Origin: Paramoeba atlantica
Lineage: Eukaryota; Protista; Discosea
DNA: 64,000 bases
Direction of reading: 5' to 3'
Assembly (NCBI GenBank): GCA_977017575.1
Contig: CDRNVI010000070.1
Location: 1-64,000 of the forward strand
The notes below the pieces were generated by a model that saw nothing but the letters and a program-made list of their open reading frames with translations, did not search any database and was not told the origin of the DNA. A program made the translations under genes and the position numbers. Below, piece by piece: positions 29,800 through 40,424 of the stretch. How positions within the stretch are numbered: position 1 is the first letter of the stretch; every line of letters starts with the position of its first letter.

Positions 29800-29863
29800 A
29801 TATATATATGTATATATATATGTATATATATATGTATATATATATGTATATATATATGTATAT
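29800..29863. repeat. (TATATATATATG)n microsatellite, about 5 units
   Basis: Seen directly after the LRR stop codon. Confidence 0.95.
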
Positions 29864-29906
29864 TGGCGAGAGGCCATCAAATGGCTTATGCATAGACTTA
29901 TAATTT

Positions 29907-30015
29907 TTTTTTAGGCTCTTCGTTGAACGCGGTGGTTGTTTTCAACTTAGAAGTCACTCATGCTGTGCGCTTCGCGTTGTAAACTACCATCGCGTTTAAC
30001 GAAGAGACTAAAAAA
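29907..30015. repeat. Imperfect ~40-bp inverted repeat (mini-MITE or RNA hairpin)
   Basis: TTTTTTAGGCTCTTCGTTGAACGCGGTGGTTGTTTTCAAC is the inverse of GTTGTAAACTACCATCGCGTTTAACGAAGAGACTAAAAAA with about 5 mismatches. Confidence 0.7.
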
Positions 30016-30985
30016 GAAAAATTGAATAGGAAAGCTGAAGAAAACGGAAGGATTTGAGCCAAAATTAGCCGATTTTTAGGTAAAAATAGGGGTATTTTTA
30101 CGTATTTTTGCTCTCAGAGCACCAAAATTTGCGTGTGAGAAATCACTCGTAGGTACGAATTAAGCCTACCGAACGCAATGGGTAGAGAATGCGCCTCCAA
30201 CCACACCATTCTTCCGACACAAAAAGACCCCCTTCGATCCGAAAATTACTTTTTCGCATTTTTTAGTCAAAAATGGGTCATTTTCGCGGGCATACCACAG
30301 CTCGAAGAAGGGTTAGCTTGCGAAAACAACAGCGTAGAAAGCTAGTATAGGTGCGAAACTCTCAAAATACAGTAGGTGAAACTATTTTGGAAAAATATTT
30401 TGTTTACGATTTGTTTCGCCAAGATGATTTTTTTTTCAATTTTTTTTCCAAAAAAATCCGAATTCGGCGCACCCGTTCCCGCTCACCCGGGACCTCACCA
30501 TACCACCCCCTCCGACTTCGCAAATTACTTCCCACTACATCTAACGACGTTCGTGCTGCATGTAGTTCGTGCAAGAGGCAGAGGTTGTAAACAACCCCCG
30601 CAATACTATATAAAAGATTACTCTTTATAATTACTGCCCCTATCCCACACTACTAGTCTCATTCTTTTTCAAGAGACTCAACGATGTTTTTAGTGATCCT
30701 GACGTATTGCACAGTACGGGGGCATAATTTCTTGGCCTAAGCGATCTGACGTGAGTGGTGTTGAAGTAGAGACTGCCTTTTAAAGGAGCTGTGTGCTGAA
30801 TACATGTATGCGCGCGTGGACGTAGAGAGCTGATTGACGAGGAATGAGTAATGTGGCGGCACCGACGACACATCAGGTGCACATAGTGTCCCATACTGTT
30901 CTTCATGCACAAATCGGACCCCTCGTGCTTGCGCATCCAAGGTGTGTATACTGAAATATACATGGAACTATATACTGAAATTGTA

Positions 30986-31633
30986 ACCTGGGGTGCGGAT
31001 TAATATTTAAATTCCGATTTAAATATTAACCCACAATTTAAATATTAACGTGCAAGAGAAAACGATTTAAATATTAATGTGCCAGCAGGTTAATATTTAA
31101 ATTCCAGAATGTTTTTCAAGGTATGATCTTTTTTTACGAATGAAGGGATGCGAGTATGATTTCGCGTGATCTCACATGATCTCTAGTGATATCGTTTTGG
31201 GCCTCACCCGCAGACGCTCGAGTTTAGAAATATAAACCGGGGGGCTGATTATTATTACGGTGTAATAAGCTAAAAGGGTTAAGATATTTCAGCGGACAAG
31301 TTGGATGAAAATCCACCTTTGAGTGATAGCCTCCCCAAAAGCTACCTCAGTTTACTACGGGGAGGCAACACCCCCATTGGGATAGAAAGCCTTACAACTT
31401 TCAACTTTCCCAGGTGACGTCCTAGGATGACCGTTCAGTTGAATTCCTCTTAACACTTTCTTGAAACTGATTTGCGAAAAAGGTTTCCATAGGAAAAAAG
31501 GCGATTTAAATATTAATCTGCATTTAAATATTAATGTGCAAACAGGTTAATATTTAAATATTAACATGCAATTTAAATATTAAAGCAAATTTAAATATTA
31601 ATCCGCTTTTAAATATTATTCCGCACCCCGGGT
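30986..31633. mobile_element. 648-bp TA-flanked MITE with about 12 TTTAAATATTAA subterminal motifs
   Basis: TIRs ACCTGGGGTGCGGATTAATATTTAAA / TTTAAATATTATTCCGCACCCCGGGT, with TA at 30984-30985 and 31634-31635. Confidence 0.85.
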
Positions 31634-32370
31634 TACATGGAACAAAACTCGTCTTCCCAATAAGTACGTAGCGATTTAGAAGGAATTATTTTTGACTTTA
31701 TTTTCGATATGAAGAGTTCCCTATGACGACTCTTTCTGAGACAGGTACATCAGCTTGTGCTGGTGCTTTCTTCGAGCTCCTTGTAAGCTTCTCTGCGCCT
31801 CCTACACGTCCTCAAGTCACCACTTTGGACGGCTCCATTCTGTGAAGATTCCTCACCGGCCTGCTCATTTTCCGCGATAATAAATTCGTGCACTAGGTAT
31901 GGACGTGCCCTACGCATGAACACTTAGATGTTGACCGTTTATGATTTACGGGAGCGGAAGCGTCTAGTGAGGTTTGCGAGGGACCGTCACCCAATAGTTC
32001 CTGTACTATCGAAACTGCGTCATGTCTCTGTTGCATATTCCAGAGAAGACCATCTTTCAAACCTGTTTGCAAGGAAGTAGAAGCTGCTGATGCGGAAAGT
32101 AGTCCGCAAAATGAGCAAAAACAGAAGAAATGATTCGAATTTCCCACAGGATGTTTTTGAAACCTTTGTCATAAGTTGCTTTTACAAGTTGTAAATGGTT
32201 GTAGCATCCCTTTAAAAATACTGGTTAGCCTTCCCTATTCCACCCCAATGACTCCATCCTCACCCTGTATTTCACCTCCTCTATCCCCCTTCATCCACCC
32301 TCCGCTACCACTTTCCTCCACCACATCTCTTTTTCCTCTTCTCCCCCTATTTTCCCACCCCCCAAACCCA

Positions 32371-33285
32371 ATGCAACAACTCCAAAACGCCCACATCGGT
32401 CGCTTCGTTACCGTTCACCTCCATCGACCCCCCACCCCCGAGTCCCCCGCCCCTGGCCCGCACGACACCCTCCAGGGGCTGCTCTTCGCCGTGGACCACG
32501 ACGCCCAGCTCGCGGTGGTCATCCAGCCCTCCGACGGCACCACGACAGTGTTCCACGCCGCCGCGGTGCGTGAGATCCGCGTCGAGGAGAAATCCACCAA
32601 CACCGCCCACGCGGTGGTGCGACAGCGGTACTTCTGCGCCAGCGCGGAGCAGCCGCTCCCCTCCCCGGACTACGACCAGCTTCGTGCCCGGCTGGAGCGC
32701 GTGACCACGGGTCGAGCGCTCCCCCCCGGGGGAGGGGAAACGCGTAACGCCGTAAAAGGGTTAAACGATCAAACGTTAAACCCTAAAACGTTAAGTTCGA
32801 AGGAACCACCTTCGAAGGGTTTGAACGGTTGTGAATATCCCATTGCCCCCTACGAGTTGTTCACGACACTCGCACGGCAGTACGGGGACACACGTTGGGG
32901 GGATGAAAGGGATGTGGCGTTAATTCTACAATCCCACCGGGAGCATTGTGAGAGGGAAACGGGGAGGAGGAAAGGGGGAGAGGAAATCAAGGAAGACATA
33001 AAAGAGAACAAGAGTGGGCCATCTCCGGCACCGGAGATTACGTGGCCGGTTCTGGTCGTTGCCGAGGACGTGGCGGTGTATGGTCCCTGGGACGGGTCGG
33101 CCTACCCTCGGGTGTGTTCCCGTTCCCTGCATGTCCCTCAGCATCATGTGGGGACGTGCGAGGAGAGTGTGATGGAGTGGGAGGGGTACGGACCAGAGAT
33201 CGTGTCACGGATGGAAGGGGTAGCGCGGGTGAAAGGTGCGGTGGTCAAATGGGCGCAATCCACAAGTTTGTTGAGAAAAGGATAG
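32371..33285 (+). CDS. LSM12: LSM12-like protein (LSm fold plus AD domain)
   Basis: N-terminal Sm-like strands (IGRFVTVHL...QGLLFAVD), PLPSPDYDQLRARL, and AD-like ELFTTLARQYGDTRW...VLVVAEDVAVYGPW. ATG at 32371 chosen as the start. Confidence 0.65.
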   Translation: MQQLQNAHIGRFVTVHLHRPPTPESPAPGPHDTLQGLLFAVDHDAQLAVVIQPSDGTTTVFHAAAVREIRVEEKSTNTAHAVVRQRYFCASAEQPLPSPDYDQLRARLERVTTGRALPPGGGETRNAVKGLNDQTLNPKTLSSKEPPSKGLNGCEYPIAPYELFTTLARQYGDTRWGDERDVALILQSHREHCERETGRRKGGEEIKEDIKENKSGPSPAPEITWPVLVVAEDVAVYGPWDGSAYPRVCSRSLHVPQHHVGTCEESVMEWEGYGPEIVSRMEGVARVKGAVVKWAQSTSLLRKG

Positions 33286-33538
33286 ACTTTTTAGTGAATG
33301 ACCTATTCCTTTTTAATGAGGCCATGGGGAATATTCAAGGGAAGAGATTAATTGAATGTGCTTGCTACATTATGTAAAGCATTCTTGTGATAGTTACTTC
33401 GTAGGTTTCAAGAGTTCATTTGTTGTACGTTCTTGTTGTATGTAATTTTTAACATCAATATGACGCGAGCCCTGTAGTTATAGTACTCCGTACGCCCTGT
33501 AGTTATAGTATTCAAAACTAGAATACCCGCTGAATATA

Positions 33539-34954
33539 ATGACGCCTTCAGAGGACCCTGCGGAGGCTGTGAATTCAGGAAACCGTAGTATGCGACGTCC
33601 GTGTAATGAGCCCTCTGAAAATACTGTAGTCAATGTAGAAAACATTTCTGAGAGGTCCGCAGCTCAGAATACGCAGCCCGATTCCGCTACTGCCGATTTA
33701 CACTCTCATGATTCTCGCGATACCCCAATCGCTAACGTGGTTAATAGTCAAAATTTATCTGCAAGTGAAAGTGGTTCCACAAGTGGTACGTATGAAACCG
33801 TCACGGATGAGGAAAATGATGAGAACGAAGACTCAAACCAAGAGGAAGTGATACGCTACATGGATCCCTCAGAAAGATTGGAGCGTGCGATTGCTCTACA
33901 CACCCGTCCGTCCCCACCTGCTGACCCTAGCGAGGTAAATCCAAACGCAGATTCTGAAGAAGCCACAATTGTCGAAAAAGAAACTCCGGAGATGGATACG
34001 CACTTTCATTGCTTCCACTGCAATAAATGCGGCTTTCCTTTACTAAAAGCTTCTGATCTGCTTCAAAAAAAGTTTACCTCCACGTTAAACTCCAGCGTTT
34101 TTTGCTACGAACTAGACTGGCTAGCCGATGAAGTCGCAGAAGCCGGAAAAATCCAATCAAAACAGTCACAAAATGATGGGGAACCGTCGCGTAAAGCACA
34201 AGAACCGGCGCAGAGAAATGTAAACCCAGAAAGCCAATCCACCTACTGGTGCTACAGTGCTACGAATCCCTCTCAACAACGGTTTGACATCATTCGCGTA
34301 TCGGGTAAAATAAACACAATACGATCGCACATACTTGACAACTCGGAACCAAGCACTGAGCACTCGTGGTTTCCGCCCTATTCATGGAAGACGGCGTGCT
34401 GTGCCATCTGTAGTCAACACCTCGGGTGGTACTTTCAAGGCGAGACACCTGAAAACGAGTCCGAATCCTCTTACCAATTCTTCGGTGTCATTTTAACTTC
34501 CCTCGTGCTACGTTCTGTATCGACGAGTGGATGGAGGAATGCTCACCAGAAACTGCCTGGACTGATCGATGCGGAATCTCAGTATCAGCGTCATCGACAA
34601 CTTATTCTTCGGGCGCTCTCTCGTGCCGCGGAGGGAGATGGCCGTATGATGGACGCCATGACACGCCTTCACTGGATGGATGAAAGTCCCATGGATCGCA
34701 TACACATGGCTAATTTACATAGTGAAATGGTACGTTTTCTTCAGCAAACACATTCTGCATCTTACGTGAGGAAGCTCCTCGAGGACTCCTCCCTCACTGA
34801 GGCTAGCGACGATGGCTCGGAGTGTGCCTCCCTGGAGGGAGATACCGAGGATGACTTTGATGCCTCGGGAGATGACTACTATGACACCGACGACGATGAC
34901 TGGGACATGTTCGTTCCTGATGACGATATGCATCCCTACTGGTCTTCAGACTGA
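33539..34954 (+). CDS. Cereblon-like CULT (Yippee/Mis18 fold) domain protein with acidic termini
   Basis: CNKCGFPL and STEHSWFPPYSWKTACCAICSQHLGWYF are the CULT Zn ligands and tryptophan-cage motifs. Confidence 0.85.
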   Translation: MTPSEDPAEAVNSGNRSMRRPCNEPSENTVVNVENISERSAAQNTQPDSATADLHSHDSRDTPIANVVNSQNLSASESGSTSGTYETVTDEENDENEDSNQEEVIRYMDPSERLERAIALHTRPSPPADPSEVNPNADSEEATIVEKETPEMDTHFHCFHCNKCGFPLLKASDLLQKKFTSTLNSSVFCYELDWLADEVAEAGKIQSKQSQNDGEPSRKAQEPAQRNVNPESQSTYWCYSATNPSQQRFDIIRVSGKINTIRSHILDNSEPSTEHSWFPPYSWKTACCAICSQHLGWYFQGETPENESESSYQFFGVILTSLVLRSVSTSGWRNAHQKLPGLIDAESQYQRHRQLILRALSRAAEGDGRMMDAMTRLHWMDESPMDRIHMANLHSEMVRFLQQTHSASYVRKLLEDSSLTEASDDGSECASLEGDTEDDFDASGDDYYDTDDDDWDMFVPDDDMHPYWSSD

Positions 34955-35179
34955 TCTTTTGAAAGAATCACAAGGATGTTTGTTTCTCCTGGTTTAAATA
35001 AGTTCGGTATTTTGCTTTAATGCTTTTGAAACATCGTATTTTACAACACCTTTTCATCATACAGAATGCAGAAAGTGTTTTGATGCATCTCCAAAGCTAC
35101 GCTTATCGAACAATATCAACCAGAACTACTGTAATCAAGAATTTCTAGGAATTGATCCACAACTTCGCAAAATTCTTTA

Positions 35180-37486
35180 ATGTCTGTTTCAGCGGATTTC
35201 AAACAGTACCAGTCGGAGACGAAGACGGACTCCCTTGGCAGCCTCCGTGACATGTCTAACTGCTTTGTCCTTGACGGGCTCCCCAAAGTCGTTGGCGGGA
35301 TGGTACCCAACTTTCTACGTGTGATCACCAAACTCATGAACGACCACGGTGTCTTTCCGAAACGTGCCGACCTCATGCGAGACGAACTCACCCACGCCTC
35401 CCTGGGCTACATGTTTGTCGAGTGCAGCTCCCGCGCTGAGGCACAAAAAGCAGTCTCCCAACTCAACGACCTCCCTATGGACAAGACGCGCCGACTGATT
35501 GCCAATGAGTGGGGTGACTTTGACACGTACCTCAACGAAACCCCCGAGAATGTTGAAAGAAACCTCGACACCAATCTCCCCGACACCGAGCCCCCCGTCG
35601 CCTATGACCTCCCCTACACCTTCCTCCGTGACCCCAATGGCCGGGAGCAGTTCCTCCTGAAATCCGGTCCTGGGTACGACATCCTGTGGGGCTGGCATGA
35701 TCCCCACATGGTGGTGAAAACCGTCCCCATCATGGGACCGCCCCCCAACCCCACCGAGGCCTCCACCCGCGGCCCCCCCCTCCCCCCCTCCCCCGCGGAG
35801 TGGACCGCATTCGACCGTTCCGCCCGCCGTGTCCAGCCCGCCTACCCCATGTGGTCCCCCCTGGGTTCCTACGTCCTCACGCTGCACCCCTCCTATTTAG
35901 GTTTCTGGTCGTTTCGGGACCCCAACAACGAACACGGGACGAACGCGATGGACCAAGGCAGTAGTAAGACCCCCAGCCCCCCCTGGGAGCTCGTGCTTCG
36001 GCTCAACCACCCCAAGCTCCGTCGTGCCTATGTCACCCCCAGCGAGCGGTATGCCCTCACGGCGTGTATGAAATGCACCACACTGTGGGATATTGAAAAA
36101 GGAAGAAAACTACGGACCTTTGCCACAGCGCTCGGGCCCCACCCATTGCAGAGTGTAGAGCCGAAAAAGAGCGAAGACAAGAGTGAGAGTGAGCATAAGA
36201 TGAGTAAAAAGGAAAACAGCAGCAGTACCAGCAGCAACAATGAAGCTTCCTGGCCGCTCTTCCATTGGAACGCCTCGGAGGACTTCTTTGTGCAGCGCAC
36301 CAAGGCGAGTCTGTATCTTTGTGCGATGAGCGAGCTTTCCCCGGTCTCGATTCATAAAATCGAAAAAGAGGCCACGCTGTGTTTTGCCTGGGCGCCGGTC
36401 GCCTCCGTGCTGCTCTACAGTGTCGTCAGCGCGGCCTCGCGCCCCGGGGGGGATCAAATGACCAAAGTGTTTGTGCAGCAGATTAAAGCGGGGAGTCAAA
36501 TCCAGGAGTTATCCAACCGAACGGTGTATGAGGTCAATGAGGTGAGCATGAAGTGGCAACCGAGGAGCTCATGTCGTTATGGGGGTACGGGGGGGAGTAC
36601 GGGGAGTAGCAGTGATCGTGCCTACTGTGCGGTTCTCATGCGTCGTGTCGGTACCCAACGACGGGATAAAATCGACCTGTACTGTGTCCACGGGCGTAAA
36701 GTTGATATTGAGCAAATCGAGGTCGAGGGGAATGTGATGGAGGTGGTGTGGGACCCCGAAGGGCGAGAGGGGGCCCGGTTTTGTGTGACCAGCACTATGA
36801 AGAAAGGGGAGAAGAAGACGAAGCACCGCCAAGGGTTTTACCGACTCTCGGAGGGCCGGGCGCGGGTGATGGCACTGAGGGAGGACACGGAGACCTCGGA
36901 GGTGTTGTGGTCACCGTTGGGAAGTCATGCTGTGGCGAAGAATGCGAACGGGATGTTGGAGTTTTTGAAGGTAGAAAATAACAATGTCACGGTGCTACAG
37001 GTCCAGGAACATTTTAGTTGTACAGACGCCATGTGGGATAACTCCGGGCGGTATTTTCTGACATCGGTCTCCGTACATCACACGGAGTTGGACAATGGGT
37101 TCCGTATTTACAACTTTCTAGGTCAGTTGCTGATGCATCAGGACTTGGAGAAATTTTCGCACTTTCTGTGGCGTCCTCGTCCCCCAACGCAACTCGGTAT
37201 GGGCCGGTTGAAGGAGATTCGGGACCACATCGATGAGTACGTAGCTCGATATGAAGCCACGGAGGAGCGACGACGATTGCTGGACCAAGAGGAGGCACGG
37301 AGCAAGGAAGCCGCCGTGATGGAAAAATTTACCAAGTGGATCAGTGAAATTCGAAAGGAGAACGAGCCCAAGACGCTGGAAAGGAAGAAACTGCAACAAA
37401 ATTTGGAGAAGAAGCACGGCGTTGTTTTCGTGGAAAATACTCGAGTGCAAGAAATCGTTCTGGAGAGTAAGGAGAAAGTTATTTAG
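35180..37486 (+). CDS. EIF3B: Translation initiation factor 3 subunit B (PRT1)
   Basis: N-terminal RRM (VLDGLPKV...GYMFVE), WSPLGSY, and C-terminal WDNSGRYF...DNGFRIYNFLGQ...WRPRPP motifs. Confidence 0.92.
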   Translation: MSVSADFKQYQSETKTDSLGSLRDMSNCFVLDGLPKVVGGMVPNFLRVITKLMNDHGVFPKRADLMRDELTHASLGYMFVECSSRAEAQKAVSQLNDLPMDKTRRLIANEWGDFDTYLNETPENVERNLDTNLPDTEPPVAYDLPYTFLRDPNGREQFLLKSGPGYDILWGWHDPHMVVKTVPIMGPPPNPTEASTRGPPLPPSPAEWTAFDRSARRVQPAYPMWSPLGSYVLTLHPSYLGFWSFRDPNNEHGTNAMDQGSSKTPSPPWELVLRLNHPKLRRAYVTPSERYALTACMKCTTLWDIEKGRKLRTFATALGPHPLQSVEPKKSEDKSESEHKMSKKENSSSTSSNNEASWPLFHWNASEDFFVQRTKASLYLCAMSELSPVSIHKIEKEATLCFAWAPVASVLLYSVVSAASRPGGDQMTKVFVQQIKAGSQIQELSNRTVYEVNEVSMKWQPRSSCRYGGTGGSTGSSSDRAYCAVLMRRVGTQRRDKIDLYCVHGRKVDIEQIEVEGNVMEVVWDPEGREGARFCVTSTMKKGEKKTKHRQGFYRLSEGRARVMALREDTETSEVLWSPLGSHAVAKNANGMLEFLKVENNNVTVLQVQEHFSCTDAMWDNSGRYFLTSVSVHHTELDNGFRIYNFLGQLLMHQDLEKFSHFLWRPRPPTQLGMGRLKEIRDHIDEYVARYEATEERRRLLDQEEARSKEAAVMEKFTKWISEIRKENEPKTLERKKLQQNLEKKHGVVFVENTRVQEIVLESKEKVI

Positions 37487-37942
37487 ATTCTTTCACCGAA
37501 TTGCATCGTACAGAAAGATTGCACTCCTTGACAGGTGAAGAAAAGAAAGATGTGTGCTGCGGATAGTTGATTTTAAAAGTTTCGTAGTTAGGCAATGTTG
37601 CCTTTAACGTTCTTGTGTTGCTTTCTAAAGCAAAAAAAAGACTAAAGCAAAAAAAAGACTAAAGCAAAAAAAACAGTTGGCTTTACAAGAAATGTGCTCT
37701 AAATTTGTTGTGCTTTGAAGCGCGACCGATATTTGAAATACATGTACGTAATGATATTCGACAGTGCAGTGTCAACTTTTGAAAAAAAGAGTATGAGATG
37801 TAGAGAAAATGTTTTCTATGCCAATGTAAACGTGTTCTATCGACACTTACAAATGTTGTACTGTTTTTTTTAAATATTTTTAGTGCAAATTATATTTATC
37901 TTTTGCTAAGCGATCCGAGCACAATAGAGATCAGACGAAATC

Positions 37943-38221
37943 ATGTATTCGCGACCCCTGACACTCGAGAGATCGCGCTACATTGCACGCGCCTATTTCT
38001 ACGGTGGATTTTTTGCCGCACCTTGGTTGTGGTTTTCAAACTATTTCCTTTTTCGTACTGTACATCCCGAAGACCTAGTGGTTCAAAAATATGCTAGAAT
38101 GAGTGGTATAGCCTTCATTTGTAGCACACCGATCTTCGTAGCATGGTACTTGACAATGTACTACGGTTTTCCTGATTCCACATTATGGATTGTGCCTCCA
38201 AGAAACTTAACTAAACCATAG
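37943..38221 (+). CDS. PEN2: Gamma-secretase subunit PEN-2-like
   Basis: ARAYFYGGFFAAPWLWFSNYFLF...VQKYARMS, with two hydrophobic segments, 92 aa. Confidence 0.75.
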   Translation: MYSRPLTLERSRYIARAYFYGGFFAAPWLWFSNYFLFRTVHPEDLVVQKYARMSGIAFICSTPIFVAWYLTMYYGFPDSTLWIVPPRNLTKP

Positions 38222-39169
38222 CAGTACGAAATATGTGATTTAGCTCGGAGCGTATCATGAGTCTTTTCTCAAAGCTGTATGAGCCGACACCTACATGTAT
38301 GTGGGACTATCTAGGGATACAGCATGTACATGTGCAGAGCACAGAAGATAACTTACCCATTCGTACTGTGATATATCGAACAGCTTGACACCACACTGAA
38401 ACAAGTCTTTCGCGACATGAACCAAAAACGGTTGAAAGTCAGCTTGGTAAGTATTCTATAAGTCACTTCTATCAGTTCATGACCTCTATAAGTCACGAAC
38501 ACTGTTCTTTCGCTTCTCCCATGCAATGCAATCCGTTCGGGAATACAAAAGAAAATGTCCTCGACCATCGACCAAGCGAAGGATGGTGCTTTCAAGAAGT
38601 GGGGGTCGGTTGCACACCGCACACGAAACGAGTGACATTGAAAAAGCTGTCATTTGTTCGAGAAACTGACACCATGTTCTCATTCACTTTTCCGGCGAGA
38701 TCGTAGTAGGTGATCACGGGGGTAAGTGGCCGAAATTGATTCGTTCTCTGCGACCAGAATATCGAAGAACGTATCTTCACCACTTTCCATCACCTTCATG
38801 CTCAGCATGAGTAGTATGCTCATCAGTGGACCACGCGTCGGACAGAGGAAAAAAAGGTTTAGAAGGATAAAAATACGTTCTATTTGCAGTTCACTGTATA
38901 ATGCTTTGTGTCAATATAGAAGCTACGACGTACAATGCCCGTCGGTAATGTATCATCCCTATAACTAAAAAGGTTCATTCTACAAGTCTTTTGGCTTCTA
39001 GCGCTGGTTGCGTGTGTTTTATGTTGCTCAATTCGAAAAATAGCATGGAAATTATTCAAACTTTAGAGTTATGAAAGAAAGGGGATTACAAAAACTAACT
39101 TGCTTAGAAAACTAACGACTGTGTACCGGAGGTCCCCACCCAGTCGCAAGTTTGTGAACTCCGTCTCGC

Positions 39170-39270
39170 CAAGTGTAGTAATGATGCGGCTCCATGCATC
39201 AGCATGATTGTCTTTCGTTGGCACATATTCTGGAAAAACGCGAATATGATGTAGGCGTAAATAAGACAAA
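39170..39270 (-). mobile_element. RNase H C-terminal scrap of a DIRS/VIPER/TATE-like retroelement
   Basis: HIRVFPEYVPTKDNHADAWSR matches the YV-x-S/T-xx-N-x-AD-xx-SR motif. Nothing else of the element is recognisable. Confidence 0.45.
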
Positions 39271-39349
39271 ATTTTGTTATTCGAATTGAGGAAAAAAAAG
39301 GTTGAGAAAATATTCTAACCACTTGAAAAAATTATTACAATTTATAATA

Positions 39350-39422
39350 CCGGTCTAAACTTAATTATGCCCAAACTTAACTAAGCCCAAAGGCAGATTT
39401 TCGGCTTAATTAAGTTTGGGTG
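39350..39422. mobile_element. 73-bp TA-flanked mini-MITE (motif AAACTTAATTAAGCC)
   Basis: Two direct and one inverted copy of the motif, with TA on both sides. Confidence 0.55.
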
Positions 39423-39721
39423 TAATAAACGTTATGTTCGACAAAATGTTTTCTAAATCTTTTGAAAAAGAATTTTCCATTTTTTATGGATAACTTTACG
39501 ATTCCGAAGCTAGTGCTTGATGAGGTTTCGTCAAGACGAAACACTATCTGAAAGTTAAGAAGAGATTGATGTCCAGACGCTACTTAATTTATTATTGGAA
39601 TGAGAGGATTTTTCAAGAATCCTATAGATTTTTTCTAAAATATTTTTTACCCACATATTCTACTGCGCCGTGATAATGACGGGTTGGTGGACCCTCTCTG
39701 GGTAAGCCCAGATTAGGACTA

Positions 39722-39792
39722 CCAACCCTCACAGTAACAGAGATTTGGCCATTTGGGTCCAAAATCGATTCTATTACTGGAGGGGTATACGG
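39722..39792 (+). mobile_element. Internally deleted MITE family A copy (71 bp)
   Basis: TA|CC...CAGTAACAGAGATTTGGCC...TTCTATTACTGGAGGGGTATACGG|TA. Confidence 0.7.
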
Positions 39793-40113
39793 TATAAACT
39801 TCCTAAGCCCTTGTTCGGTGAAATGGCTCCTGTTCCACCTGATGCAATGTAGGAGCAATAAAATTCTTTGAACGCACTTCCAAATCTTTCAAATGCACTG
39901 CGCACCATCATTTGCGTTGGACGATGCGTAACGAGTTACGATCCATAAAGACGGCGTCAGGGTGCTGCCATGCCTTCTTGCTCAAATCTCCTGCTAAAAT
40001 CGGTGCTGAAATCGTCAGAGAAAACCAAACGGTCGAATAAAGTTGAGTCTTGCCTGAGGGTCATCTCGGCAAACTTGACTCGATACTCTTTTTGCCGCTG
40101 CGTGAGACACATA

Positions 40114-40424
40114 CTATCCCCCCCTATTTAATAGGGCTACGTGCGACCCCCCCTTTAATAGGGCTATTTTGTCTGGAAGGCCAAAATAGATTTCAGGTAA
40201 GGTCAAAAAGTTTGTCGAATCCGCCGCGAAGGGGCGGATTTTCTTTTTCGTGTCTACCCCAGCAACAAAAAGTGTATCAAAAGGGAGCAGGACCGTGTTT
40301 AACGACGATAAAAAAAGGCGCTGCGAAGCGGCGCCGACTTTTTTCTTTCACATTATTTTCCATTACCCCCCCTTTAAAAGGGCATTTTGCCCAAAATCGG
40401 AGCCCTATTAAATAGGGGGGATAG
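40114..40424. mobile_element. 311-bp pogo-like MITE (motif TATTTAATAGGGCT)
   Basis: TA|CTATCCCCCCCTATTTAATAGGGCT ... AGCCCTATTAAATAGGGGGGATAG|TA, with internal motif copies and GCCCAAAATCGG before the right TIR. Confidence 0.88.

Noticed and set aside
30640-30963. Minus-strand ORFs as a nuclease pseudogene
   Set aside because: The similarity to Vsr/DUF559-like patterns is too weak to support without a profile search.
37625-37675. Short tandem duplications in intergenic DNA (CTAAAGCAAAAAAAAGA x3; also 28795-28850, 33465-33510)
   Set aside because: Consistent with ordinary slippage, with no shared motif between them.
38257-38706. 150-codon + strand frame with a single in-frame TGA (selenoprotein or readthrough)
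   Set aside because: No similarity to known selenoprotein motifs, no SECIS recognised, and a local duplication (CTATAAGTCAC x2) suggests non-coding decay.
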